NCBI GenBank assembly: GCA_963727625.1
Contig: CAVSHR010000002.1
Coordinates: forward strand, 1-64,000
Direction of reading: 5' to 3'
DNA: 64,000 bases
Source: an uncultured delta proteobacterium
GTDB lineage: Bacteria; Desulfobacterota; Binatia; UBA9968
Every line of letters starts with the position of its first letter. The first letter of the stretch is position 1. Positions 8,773 through 19,347 of the stretch are shown piece by piece. Below the pieces are notes generated by a model, which did not search any database, was not told where the DNA came from, and was given only the letters and a program-made list of their open reading frames with translations. Both the position numbers and the translations under genes were made by a program.

Positions 8773-9654
8773 TCACTCGAAGCGGAACGAGGCGTCGGTG
8801 CCAGTGACCGCGCCTCTGAGCGATGGATTATTCAGCGTGCCTTTGAACCGGAGTTTCTTGATCGTGTAAACGCCGTCGAAGCGCAGCGCCCGCGGCAAAG
8901 ACTTTCTCAATCGCGGCAGCGCCTTGTTGACCTTGCCGAGATCGAGATTCACGGCGTTGATCTCGCCGTCCAGCGGGACGTCGAGAAAGTCGCGATTCTC
9001 TGGAATCGGACCGATCCGACTCTTGAGTTCCAGGTTGGGTTTGGCGGTGTTGACGGCGGCCTCCAGTTCAATCTCAAACGGCTGATCCGGTTCGAAGTCG
9101 CTTAGTTTCAGGTCGATCTGAGATACCGCCAGTTCGCCGCCGGAGAGGTCGCGATAGCGCAGTGTGCCGTTGGAAATATTAAACGCCGGGAGCCATAACG
9201 GGAGACTGCCTGGCCTTTTCGCCGGGGCTTTTTTGCCGCCATCGGCGCCGGTGCGTGCATTGTTTTTGTTGCCGCCCCGGCTCGCGAAATTATACTGGCC
9301 GCTCGCGTCGCGAACCACCGTGATCAGCGGCGACTCCAGAGTCATTCTCTTGGGACGGAACTCGCCGATGAACAAAGGCCAAAGTCGAAGTTCCAATCGC
9401 ATTTCCTTGGCGCGAAGAAAATCGTCGGGGGAAAAAGCCGGGTCATCGGCCAGGGCAAAGTTTGTCACGCGAGCGCCGATGGGCCAGAAGGTCACTTCGA
9501 TTTGGTCGATGGCAATCTTTCGTCCCAGCGCTTGCTCGGCCCGGCCGATGAAAAAATCTTTATAGCGGCGAACCAGGAAGTTGGCGCTCGAGAGCGCGAG
9601 AACCAGGACACCGGCCAAAACCGCCGCAACGGTGAAGACGAATCGCTTGCGCAT
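8773..9654 (-). CDS. AsmA family protein (short, N-terminal domain type)
   Basis: N-terminal TM anchor, ALGRKIAI, LRLWPLF motifs. Confidence 0.75.
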   Translation of the reverse strand: MRKRFVFTVAAVLAGVLVLALSSANFLVRRYKDFFIGRAEQALGRKIAIDQIEVTFWPIGARVTNFALADDPAFSPDDFLRAKEMRLELRLWPLFIGEFRPKRMTLESPLITVVRDASGQYNFASRGGNKNNARTGADGGKKAPAKRPGSLPLWLPAFNISNGTLRYRDLSGGELAVSQIDLKLSDFEPDQPFEIELEAAVNTAKPNLELKSRIGPIPENRDFLDVPLDGEINAVNLDLGKVNKALPRLRKSLPRALRFDGVYTIKKLRFKGTLNNPSLRGAVTGTDASFRFE

Positions 9655-9717
9655 GATTTGCGAGGTTGGCTCGGCGGTGTCCGTGACGGATCTAGATCAT
9701 CGCGGGACCGGCCCCGA

Positions 9718-10710
9718 TCAGACTTCTCCGTCGTAGGGCACGGCCACGAGCTGGTCTTGCGCTGATCTCGTGTCCTCTTTCCACATTTCCAGGAGCCTCT
9801 TGGCGATCGGTCCGGGCTTGCCATCGCCGATCTTTTGCCCGTCCCACTCGACCACCGGCGCGACTTTGATCGAGCTGCCGATCAGCATCATCTCGGCGGC
9901 GTCGCGGCCTTCGTCGACTGGAATATCGGCGAGGCGTACCGCATTGAGCGCGCCTTGCTGCACGAGCCTTTGAGCGAAATCGAGAATCCTTTGGATCGTG
10001 ATCCCCGACAGGATGGCGTCGAAGGGCGGATGGCGGAACACGCGATCTTGGGTCACGAATGCCACGTTCATGTTGGAGCTTTCCGCGACCATACCGCGCT
10101 CATCTATGAAAACGCCGTTGTCGGCGCCGCGCTCTTTGGCTTCCAGGACGACGAGCACGTTGGGCAAATAGTTGTTCGACTTGATCTGGGCGAAAAGCGG
10201 CGGCTTGATCGGCACCTGACTGGTGACGAGTTTCATGCCCTGTCGATAGTAACTCTCGGGGTAGGGTTCCTGCTTGAAAACGATCACGTAAAAACTGCTG
10301 CCGACGCATTCCGCCGGACCGAGGCCGTAGCCGCCGGGACCGGCGGACAGCCAGTAGCGCGCCGACCCATCGCGCCGGCGGCTCGCTGCGGCGGTTTCCA
10401 AAATGATCTGGCGCAAGCGCTCGCGCGGAAACGGCAACGGTATGCGGGCTCCGCCGGCTGATTTAATGAAGCGGTCGAGGTGCGGGTCGAGCTGGTAGAG
10501 CATGCCTTGGGTCAGCGTAGCCGTGTCGAAGACTGCGTGGCCGCGGTGGACCATGTGATCGTCGAGCGGCAGCACCATGAGCGCGGGATCGGTGACGATG
10601 CCGCCGAGGACGCTCGAATACATCGCGTAGAAGTTGGTAGCCTTGCCGTGAACTATTTGTGACAGTCGGGCAATCGCTTGCGCGGCGGTAAAGACGGGAA
10701 TCTTGACCAT
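9718..10710 (-). CDS. PLP-dependent aminotransferase class IV
   Basis: HRGHAVFDT, HLDRF, IKSNNY, ESSNMN, ILSGIT. Confidence 0.9.
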   Translation of the reverse strand: MVKIPVFTAAQAIARLSQIVHGKATNFYAMYSSVLGGIVTDPALMVLPLDDHMVHRGHAVFDTATLTQGMLYQLDPHLDRFIKSAGGARIPLPFPRERLRQIILETAAASRRRDGSARYWLSAGPGGYGLGPAECVGSSFYVIVFKQEPYPESYYRQGMKLVTSQVPIKPPLFAQIKSNNYLPNVLVVLEAKERGADNGVFIDERGMVAESSNMNVAFVTQDRVFRHPPFDAILSGITIQRILDFAQRLVQQGALNAVRLADIPVDEGRDAAEMMLIGSSIKVAPVVEWDGQKIGDGKPGPIAKRLLEMWKEDTRSAQDQLVAVPYDGEV

Positions 10711-10736
10711 GTTTCAGCCTCCTGAGCGGATGGCCT

Positions 10737-11819
10737 CTAGTCTCGGATATCTTGCAGAAACCAGTCGGTGGGGATCTGCTGCCCCAGCCCGCGCCGTTTG
10801 GCTTCGCGCACGACGTAGCCGGCGGTGGATGCGAACTGCAGCCCCTGGGTGCCGCTGTTGGCGAAAAAGGTGACTTGATTTCTATCGGTCCGGCCTTCGA
10901 GCTCGCCGGACATGATGTCGGTGAGCAGGGGAAAATCCTGCGAGAAGATATCGACTTTGGGGTTGGCGATGCGTTTGATTTCTTCGGTGCTGCCGGCCAC
11001 CACCGCGGCCTCGGCGCCGATGCGGATTTGCCCCACGTCCAAATTCAACGTCGGCCGGCCCATCTTGATGACCAAGTCGGCTTTCTCGACGATCTCGGGA
11101 TTCCATTCGTTCGCCTTGACGCAGGTCAGGTGCATGCCCGGTTCGACTAAGTCCAAATTGTCGACCACGACTTGAATCGAGTCGGTGCAGGTGGCGACGA
11201 TGTCGCAACCCCGCACGGCGTCTTCGGCGCGCTCGACCGGGGTAATTTTGACGCCGAGCTTTTCACCCATCTCTTTGGCGTAGGCTTCGCGATTGTTTTT
11301 GGTCGGGCTGAAGACTTTAACCTCGCCGAGCTTGCGCACCTGGTTAAAGGCGAGCAGGTAGGTGCGCGCCATGCCGCCCGAGCCGTAGATGCCGACCACG
11401 CTCGAATCTTCGCGCGATAAATACTTCGCGCCGAGGCCGGCGCAGCCGCCGACGCGCATATGCTGGATGATGCCGTCATTGATGATCGCCAGGGGCTCGC
11501 CGTTGCGCGTGGAAAAGACCATGACGAAACCGCAAAAGGTTCCCGGCTCGACGCAGTATTTTTCCACGGTCTTGCCGTCGGGCCATTCGAGCATGTCGGA
11601 CTTCATTCGGATCGCGAAGGTTTCGAAGGAACGCGATGCGCCTTCCATGGTGCCCCAGCGGTACATCAGCTTGGGGTCGTCGTTGGGCACGAAGAAATCG
11701 TAGCGGCCGCGATAGTTCGCGCGCTCGTCGATCAGATCGCGGTAGCCGGTTTCCAAGGCTCCCATGCAACCCTTGATGTCGAGAATTTTTTCCACGGTTT
11801 GGTTGTTGATCAGCAGCAT
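10737..11819 (-). CDS. ornithine cyclodeaminase/mu-crystallin family protein
   Basis: GIYGSGGMA, DIVATCT; family-typical architecture. Confidence 0.88.
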   Translation of the reverse strand: MLLINNQTVEKILDIKGCMGALETGYRDLIDERANYRGRYDFFVPNDDPKLMYRWGTMEGASRSFETFAIRMKSDMLEWPDGKTVEKYCVEPGTFCGFVMVFSTRNGEPLAIINDGIIQHMRVGGCAGLGAKYLSREDSSVVGIYGSGGMARTYLLAFNQVRKLGEVKVFSPTKNNREAYAKEMGEKLGVKITPVERAEDAVRGCDIVATCTDSIQVVVDNLDLVEPGMHLTCVKANEWNPEIVEKADLVIKMGRPTLNLDVGQIRIGAEAAVVAGSTEEIKRIANPKVDIFSQDFPLLTDIMSGELEGRTDRNQVTFFANSGTQGLQFASTAGYVVREAKRRGLGQQIPTDWFLQDIRD

Positions 11820-11885
11820 GCTAGGCCTCCCTTCGACGATGGCTTGATTCTATTTCGCACCGGAGCGGGTTTTGCAAGGCTATGT

Positions 11886-11916
11886 AAAAACAAAAACGCC
11901 GCCTTGGGGGGCGGCG
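11886..11916 (-). terminator. intrinsic terminator after DUF1178 gene
   Basis: CGCCGCC/GGCGGCG hairpin followed by T-runs on the minus strand. Confidence 0.6.
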
Positions 11917-11948
11917 CCGATGGTATTCTTGGATCAAAGCGAAGCAGA

Positions 11949-12392
11949 CTAACTGTCGAGTTCCGGTTTAGGCAGGGCGACGAACGGCACGCCGTCCTCG
12001 GCGAGATTTTTGGCTTCTTTCAGGGTCGCGGTGCCGTGAATCGGCCGCTCTTCCGCTTCGCCCTTATGAATCTGTTTGGCTTCTTCGGCGAAGCGCGGCC
12101 CCACGTCTTCGAAGTTTGTTTTGACGTAGTGATGCACGCGCAGAAGCATTTCCTTAAACTCGGCGGGCGATGGTTGCGCCGGTGGAGTCGGTGCCGGTTT
12201 TTTCGCGGGCGGCGCCGGCTGTTCCTTTTTTACATGGACGGCGCAGGCGTGGGGCACCTTTTCGACCTTGGTCGAGCCGCAGGTAGGGCAGGAGATAAGC
12301 TTTTTGTCCGCCTGCCTTTGAAAATCTTCGAAACTGGGGAACCAGCCTTCGAAGCTATGTTTTTTCTTGCAAATCAGATTGTAGATCACCAT
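11949..12392 (-). CDS. DUF1178 family zinc-ribbon protein
   Basis: HSFEGWF, CPTCGS, EDVGPRFAEEA. Confidence 0.88.
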   Translation of the reverse strand: MVIYNLICKKKHSFEGWFPSFEDFQRQADKKLISCPTCGSTKVEKVPHACAVHVKKEQPAPPAKKPAPTPPAQPSPAEFKEMLLRVHHYVKTNFEDVGPRFAEEAKQIHKGEAEERPIHGTATLKEAKNLAEDGVPFVALPKPELDS

Positions 12393-12563
12393 AAAAATCC
12401 CGCGCGTGAGTAATCAATAAGATCGTGGCCCGCCGTTGTCAAGGGCGGCAGGGCGCCTTTGCCGCTCATGTCCGCAAGGCATACGCCACGGTAATGGCGC
12501 CCGCGCGCGCGATGCTCTGGGAAAAGTTTCGCGGCGCGCGCAGTCGTGCTAGAGTTAGCATCC

Positions 12564-13724
12564 ATGGCGGACGAAGTCACCATTCGGATCCTGCGGAAGG
12601 TCGCGGAGGTCGCGCGCGATCAGTGGGACTCCTTGGCAGCCGGCGCGACGCCGTTCTTAAAGTGGGACTGGCTCGACATTCTGGAGCAATCGGGGTGCGT
12701 TAATGAAAAAACCGGCTGGGTGCCGCACCACGTGATCGCGGAACGAGCCGGCAAGCTGATCGCGGCCTGCCCGATGTATCTAAAACTCCACAGCATGGGC
12801 GAATTCGTTTTCGATTATGAGTGGGCCGAAGCGGCGCACCACGCGGGCATTCAATATTACCCCAAGATGCTCGTCGGCGTTCCCTTCACGCCGGTGACTG
12901 GACACCGCTTTCTCACCGCTGCCGGCGAAGATCGCGGCGCGCTCGTTCGCTTGATGGGACAGGCGTTGGCGAAAGTGGCCGCCGACAACAAGATCTCTTC
13001 GGTGCATGTCAATTTCTGCCTGGCCGACGAGCGCGAGGCGCTCGAGCCGGTGGGCTTTATCCCGCGCATGGGCATTCAGTATCATTGGCAAAACCGCAGC
13101 TTTGGTTCCTTTGACGATTATCTGGCGAGCTTTCGCAGCGACCGGCGCAACAAGGTCAAGCGCGAGCGCCGGGAGATTGAGCAGCGCAAGATCACGATCC
13201 GCGCCTATGAGGGAGAAGAGCTGACGCAAAAACATCTGCGCACGATGTTCCGGCTTTACAAGGACCATGTCGACCGGCTCTATTACGGCCGGCAGTATTT
13301 AACCCAGCAGTTCTTCGATGAATTGCAGCGGCGCTTTGCGGCTAATCTTTGTCTGATGCTCGCCGAGCGCGACGGCAAGATCATCGCCGGCACCTTCAAT
13401 GTGCGTGACAACGTCGCCATGTACGGACGCTATTGGGGGGCCTTCGAGGAACATCCGTTTCTGCATTTTAATGTCTGTTATTACTCCGCCATCGAACACT
13501 CGATCCGCCTGGGTTTGGAGCGCTTCGAAGCCGGCGCCGGCGGCAGCTTCAAGCAGCTGCGCGGCCTCGACCCGCAGCACACCACCAGCGTGCACTATAT
13601 CGTCGACGGCAATTTCCGCCGCGCGGTGGAACGCTTTCTAAGCCAAGAGCGGGAAATGATTCAGCGCAAGCGCGACATGCTGCTCGATCACAGCCAGATC
13701 AAACGCGAGCAGGAAGAACCTTAA
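12564..13724 (+). CDS. FemAB-like GNAT acyltransferase (DUF482)
   Basis: HSMGEFVFDYEWA, YYPK, PFTPVTG, YGRYWG, FEAGAGG. Confidence 0.9.
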   Translation: MADEVTIRILRKVAEVARDQWDSLAAGATPFLKWDWLDILEQSGCVNEKTGWVPHHVIAERAGKLIAACPMYLKLHSMGEFVFDYEWAEAAHHAGIQYYPKMLVGVPFTPVTGHRFLTAAGEDRGALVRLMGQALAKVAADNKISSVHVNFCLADEREALEPVGFIPRMGIQYHWQNRSFGSFDDYLASFRSDRRNKVKRERREIEQRKITIRAYEGEELTQKHLRTMFRLYKDHVDRLYYGRQYLTQQFFDELQRRFAANLCLMLAERDGKIIAGTFNVRDNVAMYGRYWGAFEEHPFLHFNVCYYSAIEHSIRLGLERFEAGAGGSFKQLRGLDPQHTTSVHYIVDGNFRRAVERFLSQEREMIQRKRDMLLDHSQIKREQEEP

Positions 13725-13960
13725 GTAGAAAACCCCCGTGCTGTTTTGCAGGCTCGCCATCGGGATAATCGTGCTCGTGATCCGTGAACTTGCTCGTCGT
13801 TCGAACGCGGCCACGAACACGATTGACAAAATTTGTTCTCTGCGCAACCGGATCTTTTGATTGAGGTTGCGCAAGGGGCATTCGCTTCTCCGGCATCGGA
13901 ATCACGCACTTTCCTTGACACAACCAGGACTTTCCTTTAACGTCGGCCCGGAGAGGTGAC

Positions 13961-14737
13961 GTGAAATCTTCCTGGAAGAATACCGCAGAGCCTGTCCTGT
14001 TTTTTATCGCGCTCCTGGTGCTTTGGGAAATCCTCGTCGAGATCATCAAGGTGCCGTCCTTCATCTTGCCGCCGCCGGGAGACCTATGGGTGAGCTTTAT
14101 CCAGAAGCTGCCGATTCTTGGCCACCATTCGGTGATCACTTTCGTCGAAGCTTTCGGCGGGTTTTCGCTGTCGTTGCTGCTCGGCGTCGGATTCGCGATC
14201 GCGGTGGTCTATTCGCGCCACCTGCAGAACACGGTCTATCCGCTGATCGTGATTCTTTACGCCATGCCGAAGAGCGCGTTTGCGCCGCTGATGGTGATCT
14301 GGATCGGGTACGGCTTGTTTTCCAAAATCGCGATCGCGTTTCTCGTCGCGTTTTTCCCCATCGTCGTTAATACCGTTGTAGGGCTCAAAGAAGTCGAGCC
14401 GGAGCTTTTGGAGCTGGCGCGCATCAATCGCGCCTCAGAGTTCGACGTTTTTAAAAAAATTCGTCTGCCTAACTCTTTGCCGTATTTGTTCGCCGGCATC
14501 AAGGTCGCCATCGTGCTGTCGGTCACCGGCGCGATCGTCGCCGAGTTCGTCGCCGCCAACGAGGGGCTGGGCTATCTGGTGCTGCAGGCCAATTACAGCT
14601 TGGACACTGCTTTTGCGTTGGTGATTCTGCTGATCTTGGCGGTATTGTCCTTGGGGCTTTTCTGGTTGGCGGAGATTGTGCAGCGCAAGTTGGCGCCCTG
14701 GAGCGCCGGCGTGAGAGAAGTGGAGGGATCGTTTTGA
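13961..14737 (+). CDS. NitT/TauT ABC transporter permease
   Basis: Multi-TM protein; LPNSLPYLFAG, AEFVAANEGLG. Confidence 0.9.
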   Translation: MKSSWKNTAEPVLFFIALLVLWEILVEIIKVPSFILPPPGDLWVSFIQKLPILGHHSVITFVEAFGGFSLSLLLGVGFAIAVVYSRHLQNTVYPLIVILYAMPKSAFAPLMVIWIGYGLFSKIAIAFLVAFFPIVVNTVVGLKEVEPELLELARINRASEFDVFKKIRLPNSLPYLFAGIKVAIVLSVTGAIVAEFVAANEGLGYLVLQANYSLDTAFALVILLILAVLSLGLFWLAEIVQRKLAPWSAGVREVEGSF

Positions 14738-14759
14738 TAACTCGCGAGTGGAGGATCTT

Positions 14760-15773
14760 ATGAAAGTTACAAACAGACGACGTGGCGGGCTGGTCGGCGT
14801 GTGGGTCACCCTGTTCGCTATTAGCGCGCTAGTCGTGCCGGCTCGGGCGGCCGAACCGACGCCGGCGACCATTCAAATGGATTTCATTCTTGGCGGCAAA
14901 CATACCCCATGGTTCGTTGCGTTGGAAAAAGGTTTTTACGCCAAGCGCGGCTTGAACGCGACGATTCTCTCCGGCAAAGGCTCCGCCGACACCGTGCGCG
15001 CCATCGCCTCCGGCGGCGCCGACTTCGGCTTTGCCGATATCGCCACCGCAATCGTCGCCAAATCACGCGGTACGCCGGTGCAAGCGGTGGGGCAGCTTGG
15101 TTACATAGCCACGACGATCGTGTGGCGCGACGAGGGAGTGATCAAGGGCATTAAGGATCTCGAAGGAAAGTCCTGGGCGATCAGCCCGGGCCAGGCGCAA
15201 TGGTTTTTGATGCCGGCCTACTGCCGGATCAACAAGATCAATTTTAAAGCGATCAAGATTCAGGAAACCGCCGCGCCGATTCAGCCGGCGGCGCTGGCGA
15301 CGAAAAGGGCCGACTTCATCGTCATGTACCGCGCCTCCAACGACGAGGTGGCCGATTTGGCGGCGTCCAAAGTCGGGGTGAAGCTGCAACGAGTGTTCAT
15401 GAAGGACACCGGTCTCGACATCTACGGCAGCGGTTTGATTGTCAAAGACGAAGATGTCAAGAAGCGCCCGCAATTCGTCCGCGCCTACGTCGAGGGAACC
15501 ATGGAGGGATTGCGTTACGCGCGGGACCATCAGGAAGAATCGCTTAATATTCTTCTGAAGCGCAAACCGGAGCTCAATCCGTCTTTGACGGCCTTGCAGC
15601 TCAAGAATGCGTTGACTGAAGTGTTCTTGCCGCCCGAGTCGGTGCAGATCGGCTTGGGTTACATGCGGCCGGAGATCATGGAAAAAACCGTCCGGATCAC
15701 CAACGAGTATTTCGACGTGGGCCGGAAAGTCACGGCCAAGGAAGTTTACACCAATCGGTTCATCAAACGCTGA
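14760..15773 (+). CDS. NitT/TauT (NMT1/THI5-like) ABC substrate-binding protein
   Basis: Signal peptide; VALEKGFY, GKGSADT. Confidence 0.88.
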   Translation: MKVTNRRRGGLVGVWVTLFAISALVVPARAAEPTPATIQMDFILGGKHTPWFVALEKGFYAKRGLNATILSGKGSADTVRAIASGGADFGFADIATAIVAKSRGTPVQAVGQLGYIATTIVWRDEGVIKGIKDLEGKSWAISPGQAQWFLMPAYCRINKINFKAIKIQETAAPIQPAALATKRADFIVMYRASNDEVADLAASKVGVKLQRVFMKDTGLDIYGSGLIVKDEDVKKRPQFVRAYVEGTMEGLRYARDHQEESLNILLKRKPELNPSLTALQLKNALTEVFLPPESVQIGLGYMRPEIMEKTVRITNEYFDVGRKVTAKEVYTNRFIKR

Positions 15774-15799
15774 TCGGTTCGCTGGTTCAGAGTAATTTC

Positions 15800-16594
15800 G
15801 TGCCGCCGTTGATCGCCGTCGACCAGGTCGCCCGAGTGTTTAGCAGCGGCGCCAAGACAGTCGCGGCACTGGAAAACGTTTCCTTCGACATCCACGCGGG
15901 CAATTTTGTTTCCATCGTCGGCCCGAGCGGCTGCGGCAAGAGCACGCTGCTCAAGATCATCTCCGGATTGTTGCCGGCATCATCGGGAAAAGTTGCGGTC
16001 GGCGGCAAGCCGGTAAACGGTCCGCTGGAAAACGTCGGCATGGTGTTTCAAGCGCCGGTGTTGCTTAAATGGCGCTCGGTGCTCGGCAACATTTTATTGC
16101 CCGTCGAATTTGCCAAATTAGACCTGCCGAGCCACGTCGACAAGGCCCGGGCGCTGATCAAACTGGTCGGCCTGGACGGTTTCGAAGAGATGTATCCCCA
16201 TGAGCTTTCCGGCGGCATGCAGCAGCGCGCCTCGCTCTGCCGCGCCTTGGTCAGCGATCCGCAGCTCCTGTTGATGGACGAGCCCTTCGGCGCCCTTGAC
16301 GCGATGACCCGCGATGAGTTGGACATGGAGCTCTTGCGCATCTGGGAAGAGCGCAAGAAAACCGTCTTGTTCGTTACCCATAGCATTCAAGAAGCGGTGT
16401 TTCTCTCCGACCGGGTTTTCGTGATGTCGGCGCGGCCCGGACGGCTGCTCGAGAAAATCGTCATTGAGCTGCCGCGGCCGCGCACCTTGGAGATGATGAG
16501 TAGCACGCAGTTTGGCGAGTATACGTTGCGGATTCGCGCGCTGCTCTCCGCTGCCGCCAGTACTCCCACGTCGAGGGTCGGCTCGACCATGTGA
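15800..16594 (+). CDS. NitT/TauT ABC transporter ATP-binding protein
   Basis: GPSGCGKS, LSGGMQQR, DEPFGALD. Confidence 0.93.
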   Translation: MPPLIAVDQVARVFSSGAKTVAALENVSFDIHAGNFVSIVGPSGCGKSTLLKIISGLLPASSGKVAVGGKPVNGPLENVGMVFQAPVLLKWRSVLGNILLPVEFAKLDLPSHVDKARALIKLVGLDGFEEMYPHELSGGMQQRASLCRALVSDPQLLLMDEPFGALDAMTRDELDMELLRIWEERKKTVLFVTHSIQEAVFLSDRVFVMSARPGRLLEKIVIELPRPRTLEMMSSTQFGEYTLRIRALLSAAASTPTSRVGSTM

Positions 16595-16671
16595 ATTTTG
16601 CCGCAGAACGGGCTATGATAGAGGCCGATCAAGCCCCGCTTGCCGAAACGCTCCTACTTAAACGCTCAAAC

Positions 16672-17709
16672 ATGGCTCAAGGACTCACTTACGCGAAGGC
16701 CGGCGTCAGCAACGAAGCTGGCGATGAGCTGGTGCGCCGCATCGGCCCGATCGCCAAACGAACCGGGGTTCCCGGCGTGGTCGCCGGCGTCGGCGGCTTC
16801 AGCGCGCTCTTCGACTTGAAACGTCAGGGCTACCGCCATCCGATTTTAGTTTCTTCCACCGACGGCGTCGGCACCAAGCTCAAAATCGCTTTTATGACCG
16901 GTATCCACGATACGGTCGGCATCGATCTGGTCGCCATGTGCGTCAACGATATCCTGACCCAAGGGGCTGCGCCGCTGTTTTTTCTCGACTACTTCGCCTG
17001 CGGCAAGCTCGACGTCGAGGTTGCCGCGGCGGTGGTGCGCGGCATCGCGGCCGGTTGCCGGCAAGCGGGCTGCGCCTTGATCGGCGGCGAGACGGCCGAG
17101 CATCCAGGGGATTTTCCCAAGGGCGAGTACGATCTCGCCGGATTTGTCGTGGGTGTTTTGGAACAAAAGAAAATCATCGACCCCGCGGCTATCGTTGCCG
17201 GCGATGTCTTGATCGGCGTGCCGTCCAGCGGCCTGCATAGCAACGGTTACTCGCTGGCGCGAAAGGTCTTGCTCGAAAGGGGGAGGTTAACACTTCGCCG
17301 ACGAATCCCGGAATTGGGCCGGACCTTGGGCGAAGAGTTGCTGGTGCCGACCCGCATCTATGCCAAGCTCACGCGCCGATTATTTGCCCGACACCCGATT
17401 AAAGGCGCGGCGCATATCACCGGCGGCGGGATCACCGGCAATCTGCCGCGGGTGTTGCCCAAGGGCAGGCGGGCGGTGATCGAGCGCGGTAGCTGGCCGG
17501 TGCCGCCGGTGTTCGATCTGATCCGAAAGATCGGTGCCGTCGAACAGGACGAAATGGACCGCATCTTCAATAACGGCTTGGGCTTGATCTTGGTCGTCGG
17601 CCGTAAACAGGCCGACGGTGTCAGACGGACACTTAAACGAATGGGCGAGCCCTCTTTCGTGATCGGGACAATTTGCAACGGCGCGCGCGGCGCGCGCATC
17701 AACTCTTAG
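16672..17709 (+). CDS. purM: phosphoribosylformylglycinamidine cyclo-ligase
   Basis: STDGVGTK, GIDLVAMCVND, GGETAE, GLHSNGYSL, HITGGG. Confidence 0.97.
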   Translation: MAQGLTYAKAGVSNEAGDELVRRIGPIAKRTGVPGVVAGVGGFSALFDLKRQGYRHPILVSSTDGVGTKLKIAFMTGIHDTVGIDLVAMCVNDILTQGAAPLFFLDYFACGKLDVEVAAAVVRGIAAGCRQAGCALIGGETAEHPGDFPKGEYDLAGFVVGVLEQKKIIDPAAIVAGDVLIGVPSSGLHSNGYSLARKVLLERGRLTLRRRIPELGRTLGEELLVPTRIYAKLTRRLFARHPIKGAAHITGGGITGNLPRVLPKGRRAVIERGSWPVPPVFDLIRKIGAVEQDEMDRIFNNGLGLILVVGRKQADGVRRTLKRMGEPSFVIGTICNGARGARINS

Positions 17710-17719
17710 AGGAAATCCT

Positions 17720-18382
17720 ATGGCGAGGCAGGTTCCCATCGGCGTGCTCCTTTCCGGCAGCGGCACCAATCTGCAAGCGATCATCGATGCCATCGAGGCG
17801 GGCAAGCTCGACGCCAAGATCGAAGTGGCGCTGAGCAATAAAGCGGAAGCTTACGGTCTCACGCGGGCGCACAAGCACGGTATCCGGACCGCAGTGTTGA
17901 ACCACAAGGATTATTCGAGCCGGGAAGCTTACGATGAGGCCGTCGTCGCCCTGCTCGGGAGCCGCGGCGTGGAGCTGGTCGCGCTGGCGGGATTCATGCG
18001 CTTGCTTTCGCCGGTTTTTGTCAAAGCGTACTCGAACCGCATCATGAACATCCACCCGGCGCTTTTACCTTCGTTCCCCGGTTTGCACGTGCAGCGCAAG
18101 GCGGTCGAGCACGGCGTGCGCTTTTCCGGCTGCACGGTGCATTTCGTCAACGAGGAATGCGATGAGGGGCCGATCATCATTCAGGCCGTGGTGCCGGTGT
18201 TTCCGGACGACAGCGAGGCGTCTGTGGCGGCACGCATTCTCGAACAGGAGCACCGTATCTATCCGCGCGCCATCCAACTCTACGCTGAAGGCCGGCTGCA
18301 CGTCGTCGGTCGCAGTGTTCAAGTGGATGGCTGGGTCAAAGACGAAGCTCAGGCGCTCATTCAACCCCCGCTCGAAGGATGA
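17720..18382 (+). CDS. purN: phosphoribosylglycinamide formyltransferase
   Basis: SGSGTNLQA, LAGFMR, NIHPALLPSFPG; follows purM. Confidence 0.97.
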   Translation: MARQVPIGVLLSGSGTNLQAIIDAIEAGKLDAKIEVALSNKAEAYGLTRAHKHGIRTAVLNHKDYSSREAYDEAVVALLGSRGVELVALAGFMRLLSPVFVKAYSNRIMNIHPALLPSFPGLHVQRKAVEHGVRFSGCTVHFVNEECDEGPIIIQAVVPVFPDDSEASVAARILEQEHRIYPRAIQLYAEGRLHVVGRSVQVDGWVKDEAQALIQPPLEG

Positions 18383-19347
18383 ATCGAGCCAAGCCCATCA
18401 TCATATTTCTCATTAAGCTTCTCGTCAGCGCGGGGCTGCTCGGTTATTTCTTCTCACGGATTCACCCCGAGCGGTTCCTGTCAATCTTTGCTGCGGCAAA
18501 ATTGCCCTATATAGCCCTGGCGCTGGCCGTATACCTGGTTGGTCAGGCAGTCAGCGCGGTACGTTGGGCTACGCTGACCAGGCCGCTGGGCATCAAGACG
18601 CCGTTCAAGGATCTGGTCCGGTATTATCTGGTCGGCATGTTCTTCAATCTCTTCGCGCCGGGCACGGTGGGCGGCGACGTCAGCCGGATTTATTATCTGG
18701 TTCGAGACGAGGACGCTCACGCCAACGGGCGGGCGGTCACTACCGTCCACGCCGCGATGTCGGTGCTGATGGACCGGGCGATCGGCATGGCTGTACTGGT
18801 TTGGCTCGGCGCCGCGGGCCTCTTGCTGTTTCCCCAATACGCCGTGCCGCAATCGATCCGTTCGGTAACTTATCTTCTCGCTCTCGGGTTCGTCGTGGCT
18901 GTAGTGCTCGCGCCTTTGCTTAGGCGGATGCTGCCCGAAGACGGTCATCAGCTGGTGGTCAAGCTGCGCCTGGCCTTGCGGAGCTATCGTTCAAACTGGC
19001 GCGCGTTGTTAGCCGCCGCGATGCTTTCGCTGGCGGTTCATTTGATCCAGGTGTGGATGCATACCGTCATGGGGCACGCGCTCGGTTTAGAACTGCCGTT
19101 TTCGTTTTGCGTGATCGTCTATCCCTTGGTCGGGACCTTCGCCGCGATTCCGATAAGCTTGAATGGTCTGGGTTTGCGCGAAGGCGGTTATATCTATCTG
19201 CTCGCGGTCATCGGCATCGGCACCGATAAGGCGATCGCCTTCGGGTTGCTATTGTTCTTGATCGTTGCCTTGGACAGTTTGCTCGGCGGCGTGCTTTTCT
19301 TGATGCAGAAAATGCCCAGGCCCAACGCGCCGCAAAGAGCGGCTTAA
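18379..19347 (+). CDS. lysylphosphatidylglycerol synthase TM-like (UPF0104) flippase-like protein
   Basis: FFNLFAPGTVGGD, PISLNGLGLRE. Confidence 0.85.
   Translation: MNRAKPIIIFLIKLLVSAGLLGYFFSRIHPERFLSIFAAAKLPYIALALAVYLVGQAVSAVRWATLTRPLGIKTPFKDLVRYYLVGMFFNLFAPGTVGGDVSRIYYLVRDEDAHANGRAVTTVHAAMSVLMDRAIGMAVLVWLGAAGLLLFPQYAVPQSIRSVTYLLALGFVVAVVLAPLLRRMLPEDGHQLVVKLRLALRSYRSNWRALLAAAMLSLAVHLIQVWMHTVMGHALGLELPFSFCVIVYPLVGTFAAIPISLNGLGLREGGYIYLLAVIGIGTDKAIAFGLLLFLIVALDSLLGGVLFLMQKMPRPNAPQRAA

Noticed and set aside
13725-13900. Minus-strand fragment MRNLNQKIRLRREQILSI resembling a nucleotidyltransferase antitoxin start
   Set aside because: No GS/DxD motif follows; too short to support
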